64,000 nucleotides of DNA, taken from assembly GCA_016748015.1 (NCBI GenBank), contig JAAOMT010000664.1, forward strand, positions 1,245,518 to 1,309,517, in the 5' to 3' direction. Shown here piece by piece: positions 36,660 through 50,152 of this stretch; within the stretch, counting starts at the first letter, position 1; every line of letters begins with the position of its first letter. Origin of the DNA: Geosiphon pyriformis uo1 (taxonomy: Eukaryota > Fungi > Glomeromycota). A model generated the notes under the pieces. It was given only the letters and a program-made list of their open reading frames with translations. It made no database searches and was not told where the DNA came from. The translations under genes and the position numbers were made by a program.

Positions 36660-37005
36660 TTCAGTACTTACAAGCCTTTAAGTGTTAGACTTTCTATTAG
36701 CAATAGCACCTCCTTTATCATAGTCAAAACTAGTTTTTTCAACCAGACACTCCTTTTTTATGTCAATACTTTCCAATTTAGTAGTGTTATTAGTTTTTAA
36801 ACCTTATAAATAACTACCAACCTCCTTGACCAAACTTCTACCATTGCCAATACCATCTTCCAAAGTGCCACTTCTTTTTTTTTTTCTTGACAAGACAGAT
36901 TTGAAACCAGCACCAGAGTTAAGAACTTTGAGTTTTTTTCATGACAACAATACTACAGCCACAGTAGTCTTATAATCAAGAACAAATAGTTTGGATTTAT
37001 CATAC
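36660..37005 (-). mobile_element. LINE ORF1 5' fragment
   Basis: Minus strand reads MKK..SGAGFKSVLSRKK...ECLVEKTSFDY, resembling ORF1 starts at ~37540-37830 and ~61260-61430. Confidence 0.55.
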
Positions 37006-37519
37006 TGAATTGTAATAAATTTCTTTTAAGAAGATTTTTAACTCTTTTTTGGGAATTTTAGATGAAAAAAAAAAAGAAGTTTTATCTTATATTATTATAT
37101 TTTTTTATATTATTACATAAAAAATTCTCTAAAAAAGTAAAAAAAAATTTTACTTTGGTTTAAACTATTATGTACTAATTTTTTAAGTTGTAAAATTATT
37201 AAAAACAATAAAAAAAGAGTTGTTTTTTTATTTTTTATTTTTATATATAATATTAAATTAATTTTTGTTTTAATAATAAATTATAAAATTAAATTAAATT
37301 AATTAATATTTTTTATAATTTTTGTACTTATTAAAAATAAACATATATATTATATTTATTTTATAGTTAAAACAATTATAAATAAAATAACTTTTTCTTG
37401 TTAATTTTCTGACTATAACAAAAGCATAGGATTATTGAAAAAATAGCTTTTTTTTTTCTTTTTTTTTATATATTTTAGTTATTTTTTTCAATATATTTCT
37501 TTTTATTGTAATAAAACTA

Positions 37520-40500
37520 ACAAGCTTATTTGCTGATGGTTTTGGCTCTGGTTTAATTGGTTTAGGAACTCATTATAACACCAAAAAAAAGCATGTAAAA
37601 AGTGTTAACTTTTATGATACATCTTATAAAAAGCCAAAAAAACCTAATATTAATAATAATATAGTTAATTTGTCTACTGGATCTTTAAGTTTGATAGATA
37701 TTAAAGATTTTGATGCAAAATTTATAATGTCTTAGAACAGCAAAATTGGTAGTATAGCTAGTAGTGTCAGTAGTTTTTTAAATATTAAAAATATAAAAAA
37801 TATATTTATTAAGAAAACCAGTTATACAGATTTAGATAGTTTTGTGAATAGTAAAAATAAAGATAAAACAATGCTTAAAAAAACTTGTACTTAAATATAT
37901 GTATTAGAACATTCTCTAAAAGTTCTAATGTTTGATAATTTGAGTAATAATAATAATATTTTAATGCTTTTTTCTTTCAAATTTGTTGGCTCTAAGTCTT
38001 TAGTCAAGTTATATGTTTCAAAAAGATGTAATTTTGAGCCAGTCAAATTTTTTACATTAGATATTAAGTTGTTTGCTGTGCTTAACAAAACCAATGATAA
38101 TAAGTTGATTGTTGTAAAAAAAATTTTTTATCATATTAATGGTTTTGAAAAAGCTTTTACTTTCTTAAAATTCTTAAAAATAATTAAATTATCTTTTACT
38201 TTTGAATTGAGCTTGAAAAAAGCTAAAGAAATAGCAATCTGTAAAAAATTTTAGTTAATAATAATGTTAAAGGAGTAAACAACTACATAAATTGAAAAGT
38301 AATAGTCAAAAAAATTTCAGTAGATCTTTCCAAATCAGCAGTAGAATTAGTGTTTTTCAAGTTTGATAAAATAATATCAATTAAAATACAGTTAATTAAT
38401 CTTTAACAAAAGTCTTTAGTGGAGTTTAAATTATTAAATATTGCTAGTTTAATTGTTTTTAAGTGATTAGTTTTTATGAAAAAGAATTTTGTGTATGTAA
38501 CATTGGCTATTAATAATAAACAATTGTGGGTATCTAAGAATTTTTATTGGATTTTGTTGTATACTTTGCCAGTTAACATTACTGTTCATGATTTTTCTGG
38601 TTTGTTAAAATCATAAAATAGAAAAACTTGTTTTATTGACCATAATCCAAGTTTATATATATATAACAAATGTACTATAGTTTGTTTTACTAATAAAATA
38701 TTTAAAAAGACTGCTATTAGTTTTACTCTAATTTTTAAAAGAGTGAATTTGTATTGAACTGGTCTCTCTTTGGTCTGCTGTACTCAATACAAACAATTTA
38801 AGCATGTTTCTGGTATGTGTTTAGTAAGTAAGAATTTGGGTGGTCATGATAAACAAGTAATCAATTTTCAGGATTAGATTCATCTGACAAATATATATAA
38901 GAAAAAACAAGTGCTGATTGTTTGTTCAGTTTTATTTGGTGGTAAGACTTAGACTCAAATTACTAATAGTTCTACTTCTTATGTAGTGTCTTTGATTCTT
39001 TTTAATATTGGTTTGTCTTCAAATATTAGACCTATTCTGTTGGTTTTTTTGAACATAAATAATAGATTTGTTGTTCTTAAACACAGTTTTGTCAGTTTTA
39101 CAAAACAAGTTAATAAGTTGGTTAAGAGGTTGAATATACTTGAACTAATAGTTTTCTAGTTTAGCTTTAGATATCAGTTATTGATAACTTTTTTATCACA
39201 AAATCAAGAAACAAATATAGTAATAAATGAGAGTTCAGATGTAGTCATTAATAGTAAGATTGTTATAAGTACAGTGTTTATGGATTTGTTAGTAGTTTCT
39301 AAATTAAAGGAAAGCTTAATAAGTTTTTTAAATACAATTATGAGTTTTTTGGACAAAATAAACAATCTTGTTTTGGGATTAGAGTCTTATTCTTTTTAAT
39401 AATTAGTCTTGTTTGAAAGTTTGCTATATATAATATTAGAAATATTAATGTTTTTGTTAAGTAGAAAGATGTTGTTTATTAATATACTAATTTAGATAAT
39501 ATGATTTTTTTTGTTATAAAAACAAAACTAAAGATTAGTATCAAGTTATAAATTGCTAATAAGTTTAATAAAGTGCATATTTTCATATCTGGATTAAATA
39601 AGAGTTTTTTTAGTGCTGAAATAATAATTGTTATAAACAATTCATTGGCTAGACATGTTTTTAAAATAGAAAAGATTTTTAATTGCATTATTTTGGTGTG
39701 GCTTTTGTTTAAAGGCAAGCTTTTAGTCACAATTTTGGACTTGTATGCTAGTGTTTCTGTTGAAACTAGGTTTGATTAAGCTTTGGATGTCAATTTTTTT
39801 ATTGCTAAGACTGTTAACTTCAGCAATTTTATGGTCTTGAATGAAATTTTTAATAAAAATGGATCTGGAAAGAGTACAAGTTTCAAGTTTTGTTTAGAAT
39901 TGGGTTTAATCAACTTGTTTGGTAGATATTTATTGGTTAAAACTTTTACTTGAAGCAACTCAAAAAGTGTTAAGAAGATTATAGATTATATTTTTATGAG
40001 TAAAAGTTTATTATTAGCTGTTGTTAATTATGAAGTCAATTTTGTATTCAACTTTTTTAATACTGATTATAAGACTGTCTTAGTATTAATTGATTTGAGT
40101 GGTTTTTTGGATGTTTGTTTAAATAGCATGTGCAAACAGACTAATATAGATTTTTAAAAGTTCAAAATCAAGAATACTAATAATGCTAAGTGGACATAAT
40201 TTAAGAAATGTTTTTCTATCAAGTTTTTGATAATAAAAAATAAGTTTTTAGAAGCAAGAACTAGTAGTAATTTGGATGCTATATAAGATTTATTGAAAAG
40301 AATAATGGTAGAATTAGCTAATAAAACATTTTCTAGACATTGGTTCAATAAGTTTTAGTGTTCAAAAAACTGGTGGTCTTCAAAGTTTTTTAGGTTGGAA
40401 TTGTTGATTGCTAAAATTGTTAAAAAGTTAGGCTTGAGTAATATGTCTGAGTTTGATTGTCTTACTAAAAAGTAGTCAACTTTGAATAATAATAAAGCTT

Positions 40501-43500
40501 TTAAGATCTTGGATATAATTTAAAACAATAAAAAGTTGTTAAATATTCTCAAACATTTGTTAATAATTCAAAAAAAGTACAGAAAGTTCAAGCTTTATAA
40601 ATTAAAATTAGCTAAAAAAGTGTTTATCAGAAAGACAATTAAAAAATATATAGAAAATTTTTGTTCTAATAAAGAGAGCATAATAAGAAATATTTTGAAT
40701 TGGCTTTTTTGTAAAGTAATTCTAGATTATTTAATGATAAAAGACAAGTTGATTCTGAAACCTAAGAAAATAAAGCTTAATGTTGACAAAATTATGGAAG
40801 ATTAGACAAGAAAATAAGTTGTGTTTCAAGTAATATCTAATTTATAAATCCATTAATATGTATTATTAGACTATGTAAATAATAATGCTTTTTCTGGTGT
40901 GATAAAAGAGATCAGGATAAAGAAACTACTCTTAGTAGTTAATAGTTTGTCTAATAGCAAAGTTACTAATTTGTCTGATATTCTTAATAAACTTTGGAAG
41001 CATAATAATAATAATATAGTAAAATGTTTTTTGGATTTGTTAAATATATGTTTGTTTCTCAATAGTATTTCAGTTTTGTAAAAAAGAGCTTGGGTTTTAA
41101 TAATCCTTAAACCTTATAATTGAGATAAAGTTTTAATAAACACCTGATTTATTGCTTTGATTGAAATGGCCAAGAAAATTTTTTCTAAAGTTTTATCTGA
41201 TTGAATTTTATCTGCATATAACAAATTTAATGTTTTTTATAGTAATAATTTTTCTGTTCTAAAGGGCACATCTACTTAGTTTTCTGTGTTTGCTGTTAGA
41301 TTAGTGATTAAAAATGCTTTAGAAAAAAATAAAAAACTTTAATTAATTCTGTAAAATATATGTAAAACATATAACTTAGTTTGTTGACATCACTTAAGAG
41401 CTAGTTTGCAGTGAATCTAAGATATATGACAAATTTATAAGATTTTTTGACAACATATATGAGAATAGGGTCAATTAAGTAATAACTAATTTTGGCTTTT
41501 TAGATAATTATAGGATACATAATAGATTAAATCAGGGTGAAGTTTTCTTATCTCTCTTTTGAAAAATTTTTTATAATTTACTTTTGTATAAGATTAAGAG
41601 ACATAAATATTTGTGTAGATACTAAATTGATACTAAGTTTGTGGCCAAGACAAACAAAATAAAAATAGTGATAAAATGTTTTTCTTTTTTACTGCTGGTA
41701 TATTTGTAAATAATATAATTTGGATTGAGAATTTTTAAGCTTCTATGCAATATGCTTTGAACATTACTAGTAAATTTTTTTTAATTAATAATATTTCTAT
41801 CAATAATAAAAAAACAGTGGCTATTTTTATTAACTAGAGCATCAAAATTGTTTCTTTGAAAATTAATGGTCTGCCAATTTTAATAGTCAAAAAAGGTAAA
41901 GTGCACAAATATCTGGAAATTTTTTTGTCAACCAAAGGGTTGTCTAAGTCAAGTCTAACCAAGATTTATTCTAATGTTCAATTTTTTGGTAATGTAGTAC
42001 TTAAAAAAACTATTACAGATAAGCAGTTCTCTTATTTGGTCTTAATTGTATTATAACTTATTATTAATTATAAGACTTAATTTAGTTTTGTTTTATTAAG
42101 TGTGTATTACAAGTGGAATATTATGATCAAAAAAGACTTTAAGTTTAAAGTCTGTTTACTATGCAATTTTTTTAGTAAGACTATGTATTATTTTTTTTGT
42201 ATAGTTTAAAACCATTTAAGCAAGTGCAGTTAGAAAAAAAATTGGCTGTATTTATTGCCTTTTCTAATGCTTTAAATATTTTTAGATGTTTATTTAATTA
42301 CAAATTCTTGGATTTACAGGTTTTGGATTGGGCTCTTTTGAATTTTTTGCAGTTTTTTATTAAGTTACATGTTAGTTTAATAAACAATTTTTTGGCTAAA
42401 ATGATAAAAATTTTTTTGGACAATAAATTGTTTCTGATAAACAATTTGTTCAATACATTTCATAGTTCTGGTAAGTTTTCTATGTTAGTTATTTTAGAAA
42501 AAATCTTATATCTTAGTTCTGTTTATTCTTTAAAATAGTTTAGGGTTATATTCTGTGATAGGCTTTTAGATAAAAAAGGCAATATGATAGACTGAAAACC
42601 TTTTTACTAATAGAAAAAATTAAATTCCAGAAGCTCTGTGCCTTATTAATTCAAATTTGCATCAAAGTTTTTACACAATAAAGGTTCTGTATTGATTGAT
42701 TTTGCTGAAATTAATCAGTTATTTGGTTTGAATATCTTGAAATTTAAAGAGTTTTCTAATGTACAAGATTGTTTATATAAAATTTAATCTGAAATAATTA
42801 AGATTTATACTAATAAATCTTTAAAAAATGCTGATTCTACTAATATTGTTAATAAAACAGCTGCTTACTTTTTGGCTGTGAATTTAGATATTGATATTAG
42901 AATATATAGACTTTTGTCTTTTATTATGACTGAATTATAGATTGTTGTTTTGTCATTAGAATGTGTTCTATCTTCTTATATAGTTGTTTTGCATCTGGAC
43001 AGCCAAGTTGTTATTGATACATATGTGTTTAAAATGATGTTTGCTATACCAGATTTTTGTAATTGATGCTAAATAGAAAGAAGACATATTGCTAATCTAA
43101 TTTGGAATAAAGATCTTATTGTAAGTTAAATAAAAATTAAAGATCATTTTGAAATTCTTGGCAATATAAAAACTAATGCAATAGTAAATAAGACTGCTTA
43201 TTTTTTTTTCTTTGCCAAAGGGGATGCAAGAATGTTTTTGATAGTTAAAAACACAGTTATGTCTGACAATACTCATTATTTTGTTCAAAATTTATTTAAA
43301 TTTATTTGTTGAATTTGATAGAAAGCTGGCTCTGGCCATAATATAATTTTATATATACTAATCAAAAAAGTAAATTAAATGGTTACTACAAAAATTTGGC
43401 ATCTTAATTTGCACATACTCTTTGAGTTTATTAGTAAAAAATCTGCCAATCTGTATACATATTTAATAAAAGTTATGTATAAACAGTTATTAGTAACAGT

Positions 43501-44199
43501 TAAAAAGAAATTGTATGATAAAAAATATTCTAGTGTACTGTATTTGCTGTGTGATAAAATGAAGTTATCTGATTATGTTTTTATTTGTGTTCAAGATATT
43601 AATATTTAGAAAGAAATTTTGGCTGAGATTTCTGCTTGATGGGTTGTTTTGACAAATACTTATAATCTGTTTTTTTCTGTTATTTTGTGAATACTTTCTA
43701 AATATTTCTTAGATGTAAATTTTTATATAATAGTTTGTAAAGAGTTTGTGTTGAAAGATTGGTATTTGAAGGAATAAAACTATTTTTACTGTCATTAAAT
43801 ATGTAAGACATTTGGTAAAGTTACACTATATTAAAAGATGATTAATAAAATCTGATTATAAGATGAATATAGAAAAAGCTAAATTGATTGAAGATAGTGG
43901 TTTAATATTAAGATTGTCTTATAGTATAGTGTTCATGCTATCAAATAAGTTGGTTAAATTGCTTGATATTATTAAGTCTTTTGTAGTCAGTTTTGGTAAA
44001 CATAAGTCACATTCCTTCTTTTTTGGTCTAAGTAGTAATATATGTATTAACATAAGTATATAGTATTGTTTTGTCTGATTTGAATGATTAGTCATATGTA
44101 GTAAAAGTGTAAATCATATTTAGTTTAAGCCACTTAGTCTGGTTTTATGTATAAAATAATGGTTGGGCTTTACTCAATAAATTGTTAATAAAAAAAAAA
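37520..44199 (+). mobile_element. Near full-length, heavily eroded non-LTR retrotransposon (ORF1; APE, RT, RNase H, Zn finger; poly-A)
   Basis: After reverting transitions: WKFA.CNVRG-like (~39415), NTRPIALIE-like (~41140), QGEV (~41533), AFVDD-like (~41700), YTDGS-like (~42805), LDSQ (~42995), KIKxH (~43135), CxxC..H...C (~43540); A-tail 44189-44199. Confidence 0.8.
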
Positions 44200-45281
44200 C
44201 AATTATAATATATAATCTATTTATTATTTATTATATTTAATATTACAATAAAAAACCTAAAATTTTATAAAAATATAATAATATTAATGTTAATTTAATT
44301 GTTTTTACAATTAAAAAACTTTTAGTCATTGTTTTTTTTACTTTTTGTTTTTAGTTATAAAAATAAAAACAAGTTTTTTATATTATAATAATAATTTAAA
44401 ATCAATAATTAAATAATTTATTAAAGATATTCAAATTTGATATATGTTTACATTATATTTTATAATAATTTATAACAAATAATAATTTAATAACAAATAA
44501 AAAATATATTGAAAATTTTTTAAATAATTATTTGTTTTTATTTTATATTAAAAATTTTATTGTAAATTTAAAATAATAACAAAATAAATCAAATTTCAAT
44601 AAATAAAATAATATATACAAAAAATACATTATTTAGTATTATTTATTTGCTTTTAAATATTTATAATATGTTATATTAAAATATATTAACAAATTTTGAA
44701 TTATTATAATCACTACTTAATAATACAACAATTTATCAATTTATTTAATTGAATTAATTTACCAATCCAATTAACAATTAATTTTCAATAAAATAATTGA
44801 CAATTAATAGCTAAAACAAATTATTTTTTAACTATCGCATATCCCCTCTAATAATGACGTAATGAAATTTGGCTGAGGTGCGACGATCGTATCAACTATG
44901 CCTTTTGGGAACTTATTCCCCAGTGACTGATTTACTTGAGCCAATTAAATAATTGAATTCCACTCATTCCCCGGTTGCTGGGTACATAGCTTTAACTTTC
45001 CGTTCGTCTGGTCCCTATCGTTTGTTACCCAAACAGCCAACAAAAACGGCAAGCACACAGGAAATATTCTGCAGTCGATAAGAGCAATAATTCTTAACGA
45101 CGTTAAAGGAATTTGTACCAACGCCACCCTCCTTTGACTCCTGATCAACGCTTAAATAAATGTAAGTATCGCCACAATCTTTTTCAGAATCTTGTTTTCT
45201 TTGTTGCGGCTCTCTCCCTCCCAGGGATTCAGTGTATCTAAAATTTTTGGCCAATTATTTCATTTAGAAAAAGAAAATATA

Positions 45282-48200
45282 ATGGAATGGACACCTCAAC
45301 AAGAAGGGCTTGCAGAGCTATTACAGTTACTGAAAGACTCTGTCTCCCCGAATAATGAAGTTCATAACAAGATACAACAAGTATCCTTTTTTCAATCGAT
45401 TCCTCTTCCCTTTTTTCGGTTAATTTACTGGTAATGGATAATTGGGGGTTTTCTTCAACCGTGAATCCCTTTCATTGACTTATCGAATAATCTAATCCAA
45501 TTTATCTCACTCATCTGTTTTTTGTCGAATGGCACTAGATCGAAATCGCGTGAATATCGCGTACTTTCAATGAATTTCCTCCTATTGATGCTGTCTTTTG
45601 TTCATTCTTCTATTAGAATTTATTCACAAAATCTTGAAATTTTATCCTGAACAAGAATCAACCAAACCAATTTTAGAAACTCGAATCATTCAATAAAATT
45701 CCCGATTATTCCAGATACTTAGTCTATATTCTCACACAAATGCCGCAAGAAGATCCATCAACTCGTGCCATTGCTGGCCTTCTTCTAAAAAACACAATCC
45801 GAATATATTTTCAAAATATACCGCCCGAAGTTCTTGAATATGTCAAGGCATTATCAATTAAAGGTTTAGGGGATCAGGATTCTATGGTTCGAGGAATTGT
45901 TGGTAATGTTATAACAACAATTGTTACTCGAGGTACATTATCAGATTGGCCTCAAGTACTTACTTCCCTAATGGAATTACTTGATGTTGCCGATTATCAT
46001 TATATGGAGGTTAGTTCAATTTATCTTAGGGTCTTTACTTCTAATTTTTAGCACAAAATTCCTGGCTTATCGGTGAACATATAGATTAACTCGTAATCAA
46101 GAGAAATTTTGTTGATCAATAGACGTTTACTCCGAAGCAACCGTGAAATTTATTGAAAAGTGTCCAATATCTTTAAATTCCTTTCAATAAGGAACATGAA
46201 AATTCATCACAGTTTTTAATTTTTGACATTTAGGGCGCTTTCGGTGCACTTCAAAAAATATGTGAGGACTCTGCCCGCGAACTTGACCAAGATATTGGAG
46301 GCACACGACCACTCAACTTTATGATACCCAAAATAATCACGTTCTTCGACTCGCCTTATGTCAAAATCCGCGTATATGCAATCTCTTGTATCAATCAATT
46401 TATTCTCATGAGATCAGATTCATTATTTCTTCATATTGATGCCTTTGTCAGCGCGCTATTCAAGCGTGCCAATGATGAGAATGCAGAAGTGCGAAAAAAT
46501 GTTTGTCAAGCTTTAGTAATGCTTCTTGAAGTAAGGCCCGATAAGCTCATGCCAGAAATTGCCAATGTAGTGGAATATATGCTTTTTTCCACCGGAGATC
46601 AAGACGAACAAGTTGCGCTTGAAGCATGTGAATTTTGGTTGGCTTTTGCAGAGCAGGAAGACCTTCGTGAGCATCTACGTCCATTCCTCCAAAGAATTGT
46701 ACCTGTTCTATTGAATGGGATGGTATATAGTGAAATGGATATCTTGACCCTTGGAGGGGATGAGGATGATGCCAATCTTCCGGACAGTGAACAGGACATT
46801 AGACCACGTTTTGCAAAGGCAAAAACTCACACTTTTGAACGCTCTGAACCAAATGGTGGAGAGGTAGCTCCTTTGCCCAATCGTACGGATGATGATGAGG
46901 ATGATGATGATGATGATCTCGATGACGATGAAGACATATATTCCGAATGGAATCTTCGTAAATGTTCAGCAGCTGCTTTGGATGTGTTGGCCACTGTCTT
47001 CGGAAATGAACTACTGGAAATTTTACTGCCATTCCTTAGAGAACAACTCTTCCATCAAGAATGGAAACATCTTGAATGTGGCATATTAGCATTAGGGGCT
47101 GTTTCTGAAGGTGGGGTCTTAATCAGTCTTATAAACTAGTAAAAAATCGTCCTCTTGGGTTACGCTTGATCAAATCGTTTAAGCTGCCAAACTGTTCATT
47201 ATTCAGGATGCATGGATGGTGTCGAACCTCATCTACCTAACTTGGTCCCTTACCTCATTCAAACTCTCAACAATCCCAAGGTATTTATTTGATTTTCAAA
47301 ATATTTTTAATGTTAAAAATTTTATATCCCCATCACATTGCTCTATTGGATAGCCACTAGTTCGTTCTATCACATGTTGGACATTGGGAAGATATTCACG
47401 ATGGTGTGTCCATCCTCCTACTCCTGAAGATCGAACGAAATATTTCGAACCTTTGTTGAACGGAGTAAGTTTATTAGTTGCATGTTTCAACTGTTAAATA
47501 TATTAATAGCTAGCATATTTAATTTTACTGTTTACACTCGCCTTCACCTCAAGCTCTTGCATAGGGTGCTCGATAACAATAAACGAGTACAAGAAGCTGC
47601 TTGTAGTGCATTTGCAACCCTTGAAGAAGAAGCTTGTGAACTGCTGATTCCTTATTTGGATCCTATCCTTCGAAACCTGGTTTTTGCCTTCAATAAGTAC
47701 CAACACAAGAATTTACTTATTTTGTACGATGCTATTGGTACTCTTGCTGATTCCGTTGGATCAGCGCTCAACAAGCAAGAATACATTGATATTCTCATGC
47801 CACCCCTCATTGAAAAGTGGCATCTGCTAAAGGACGAAGACAGAGATTTATTCCCTTTATTGGAGGTATGGGTAAAAAAATTATCTAAAATACATTTATT
47901 TTGCGCGTTTTTAATCCATTCCTTGTGTTTGCAGTGTCTTTCATCTGTCACAACTGCTCTAGGATTGGGCTTTCAGCCTTTTGCACCTCCTGTCTTTGAC
48001 CGTTGTGTCAACCTAATTAACAAGACCCTGATTCAATATCAAATGCATCAACAAAATCCAACATCAGATATGCCAGACAAGGATTTCATGATTGTTGCCT
48101 TAGACTTATTGAGTGGTTTAACCCAAGGCTTAGGGCCCAGCATTGAAACTATGGTTGCCAACAGTAACCCCCAATTGCTTAGTCTATTAAGTATATGCAT

Positions 48201-49276
48201 AACGGTAAGTAAAATAACGAGGGGCTTAGTCGCTTTTAAGATTTTATGGGAATCTAAGTAAGATTTTGTGTTTATAACTTGACTTGGTACAATTAATCAA
48301 TTGAGGCGTCTTTCGGATATCCCATGTAGGATGGAGTGCCTGAAGTTCGACAATCCGCCTATGCCCTTCTTGGGGATCTATCGATTGCATGTTTTGAACA
48401 TATCAAGCCTTATCTTAATCAATTTATGGCTGAATTAATAGGACAAGTTGATCCAGCTGCTGAACACGTTAGCGTCTGCAATAATGCAGCATGGGCGGCT
48501 GGTGAAATTGCCCTTCAATGTGGTTTGTAACAAACCTCGGACTAAAGGTGTTCTCATCTTTTTATTCATTTGCAGTGCATTTTTATTTTTAGGTCCTATG
48601 ATGCAACCTTGGATTCCACCCCTTTTGGAAAGATTAATTCCCCTTTTAACAAATGCGAATACTCCACGCACACTCTTGGAAAATGCTGGTATTACTATTG
48701 GAAGGCTTGGTTTAGTCTGCCCGCAATTGGTTGCCCCTCATTTGGAAGGTTTCTCAGAGGCTTGGTAGTGTATAAATTTAAATTAAATAAAAAGCATTTA
48801 TTAAATATTTAGTCTCTGATATAATTTTGAAAATAATTGGTTCAGGTGCAAGGCATTGAGAGGTATTCGAGATAATGAAGAGAAAACAACGGCTTTCCGT
48901 GGTCTATGCGAAATGATTCAAGTTAATCCAAATGGTATTGCAAAGGTAATGAAAGATGAATTATTTCCTATTGCCATAATTTTTTCAAGGCCAATCAATC
49001 AAGCAAGCTTTCTTTTTAGAGCTTCTTATACTTTTGTGACGCTGTTACTCAATGGCAAAATCCACCAACTGAATTAAATGAAGTTTTTCGCAAGGTATAG
49101 TGTAGAAAATCTCTGAATTATTCGAGTATATTGCAAAATGACTGAATCCCAATCACCGCGTTTTTTGCTAGATTCTGACCGGCTTTAAACAAATGATGGG
49201 CAACAACTGGGATCAATACACAAGTCATTTTCCACCTCACATAAGGCAAAGGCTGCTCGAGCGTTATGGACTTTAG
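45282..49276 (+). CDS. KAP104: Transportin-1 / karyopherin beta-2 (Kap104), multi-exon
   Basis: [10 protein letters not shown]..; [10 protein letters not shown]; [11 protein letters not shown]; acidic loop then [15 protein letters not shown]; [17 protein letters not shown]; [13 protein letters not shown]; [13 protein letters not shown]; ends LERYGL*. Eleven GT-AG introns keep frame. Confidence 0.95.
45381..45676 (+). other. Putative U12-type (minor) intron
   Basis: Donor GTATCCTTT; branch-like TCCTGAAC ~25 nt before AG; no pyrimidine tract. Confidence 0.7.
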
Positions 49277-50152
49277 CCGATTATTATTGGGTAAATTCTC
49301 TTATTAGCTATCGTGAGTGCTAAATAATGATTTTCTTCAGACCAATCGCTGATGTTCGTATATACTTCAACAACACCATTACCATCTTTAGTATTTATAT
49401 ATTCAGGTTCTCCTTTGTATTAGATATTACTATTCAACCTATCTTCACCCACTCGATATTTTACGGTTTTATTAATTATTTAAACCTGTCCCTCCTTCCC
49501 CACATCTCATTATAAATCACACATTCATTCCTTCTCTTGTTTGTTAGTAAATGATTATGAAGGAATTTAGACGGCCACAGCTTTATCCAGCCGTATCTAG
49601 TAGGTGCTGTATGGGTAATCTGCCGGCCTATTATGTAGATTGGTCTATAACAAAAGCGAATGGATATAAACTAAAAAGACAGAACACATAACGCCAATAT
49701 CTTAACTACACATAAAATCTTTTGATCTTTATTTTTTCGGGCTTGTGAAGATCTAAAATATGCCACCTATGTTCCTTGGTGTGGGGAAGCCTTTTTTTTT
49801 TACGACAGGCCGTCTTCAATTAAGAAGCGGATGCCTTCTCCTGCTGCATCCATACGAACACTTGTAGCGTCAGACGGCAATTTCTAGAACAGCAATTAAT
49901 CTGTTAGCCTCATCTATTTCATTCCCGTTGAATCTTTAGACCTGTTTATAGTTTTAATAAATAAGTTAAACCCTGAGAATAAATATTGACCAATGAATGA
50001 TTTTGGGACGTGTTGCAATTAAACAATCTGCACGTCGCGTCGCGTCACCCAATTGTTTTCTTTTTATTCGCTATTCCAATTGCTAAAATCCTTGTTATCC
50101 AACTGTTTTTCTCTCTTTACCACCCATTCGCGTTGCCTCCCAACTTTCTGCT

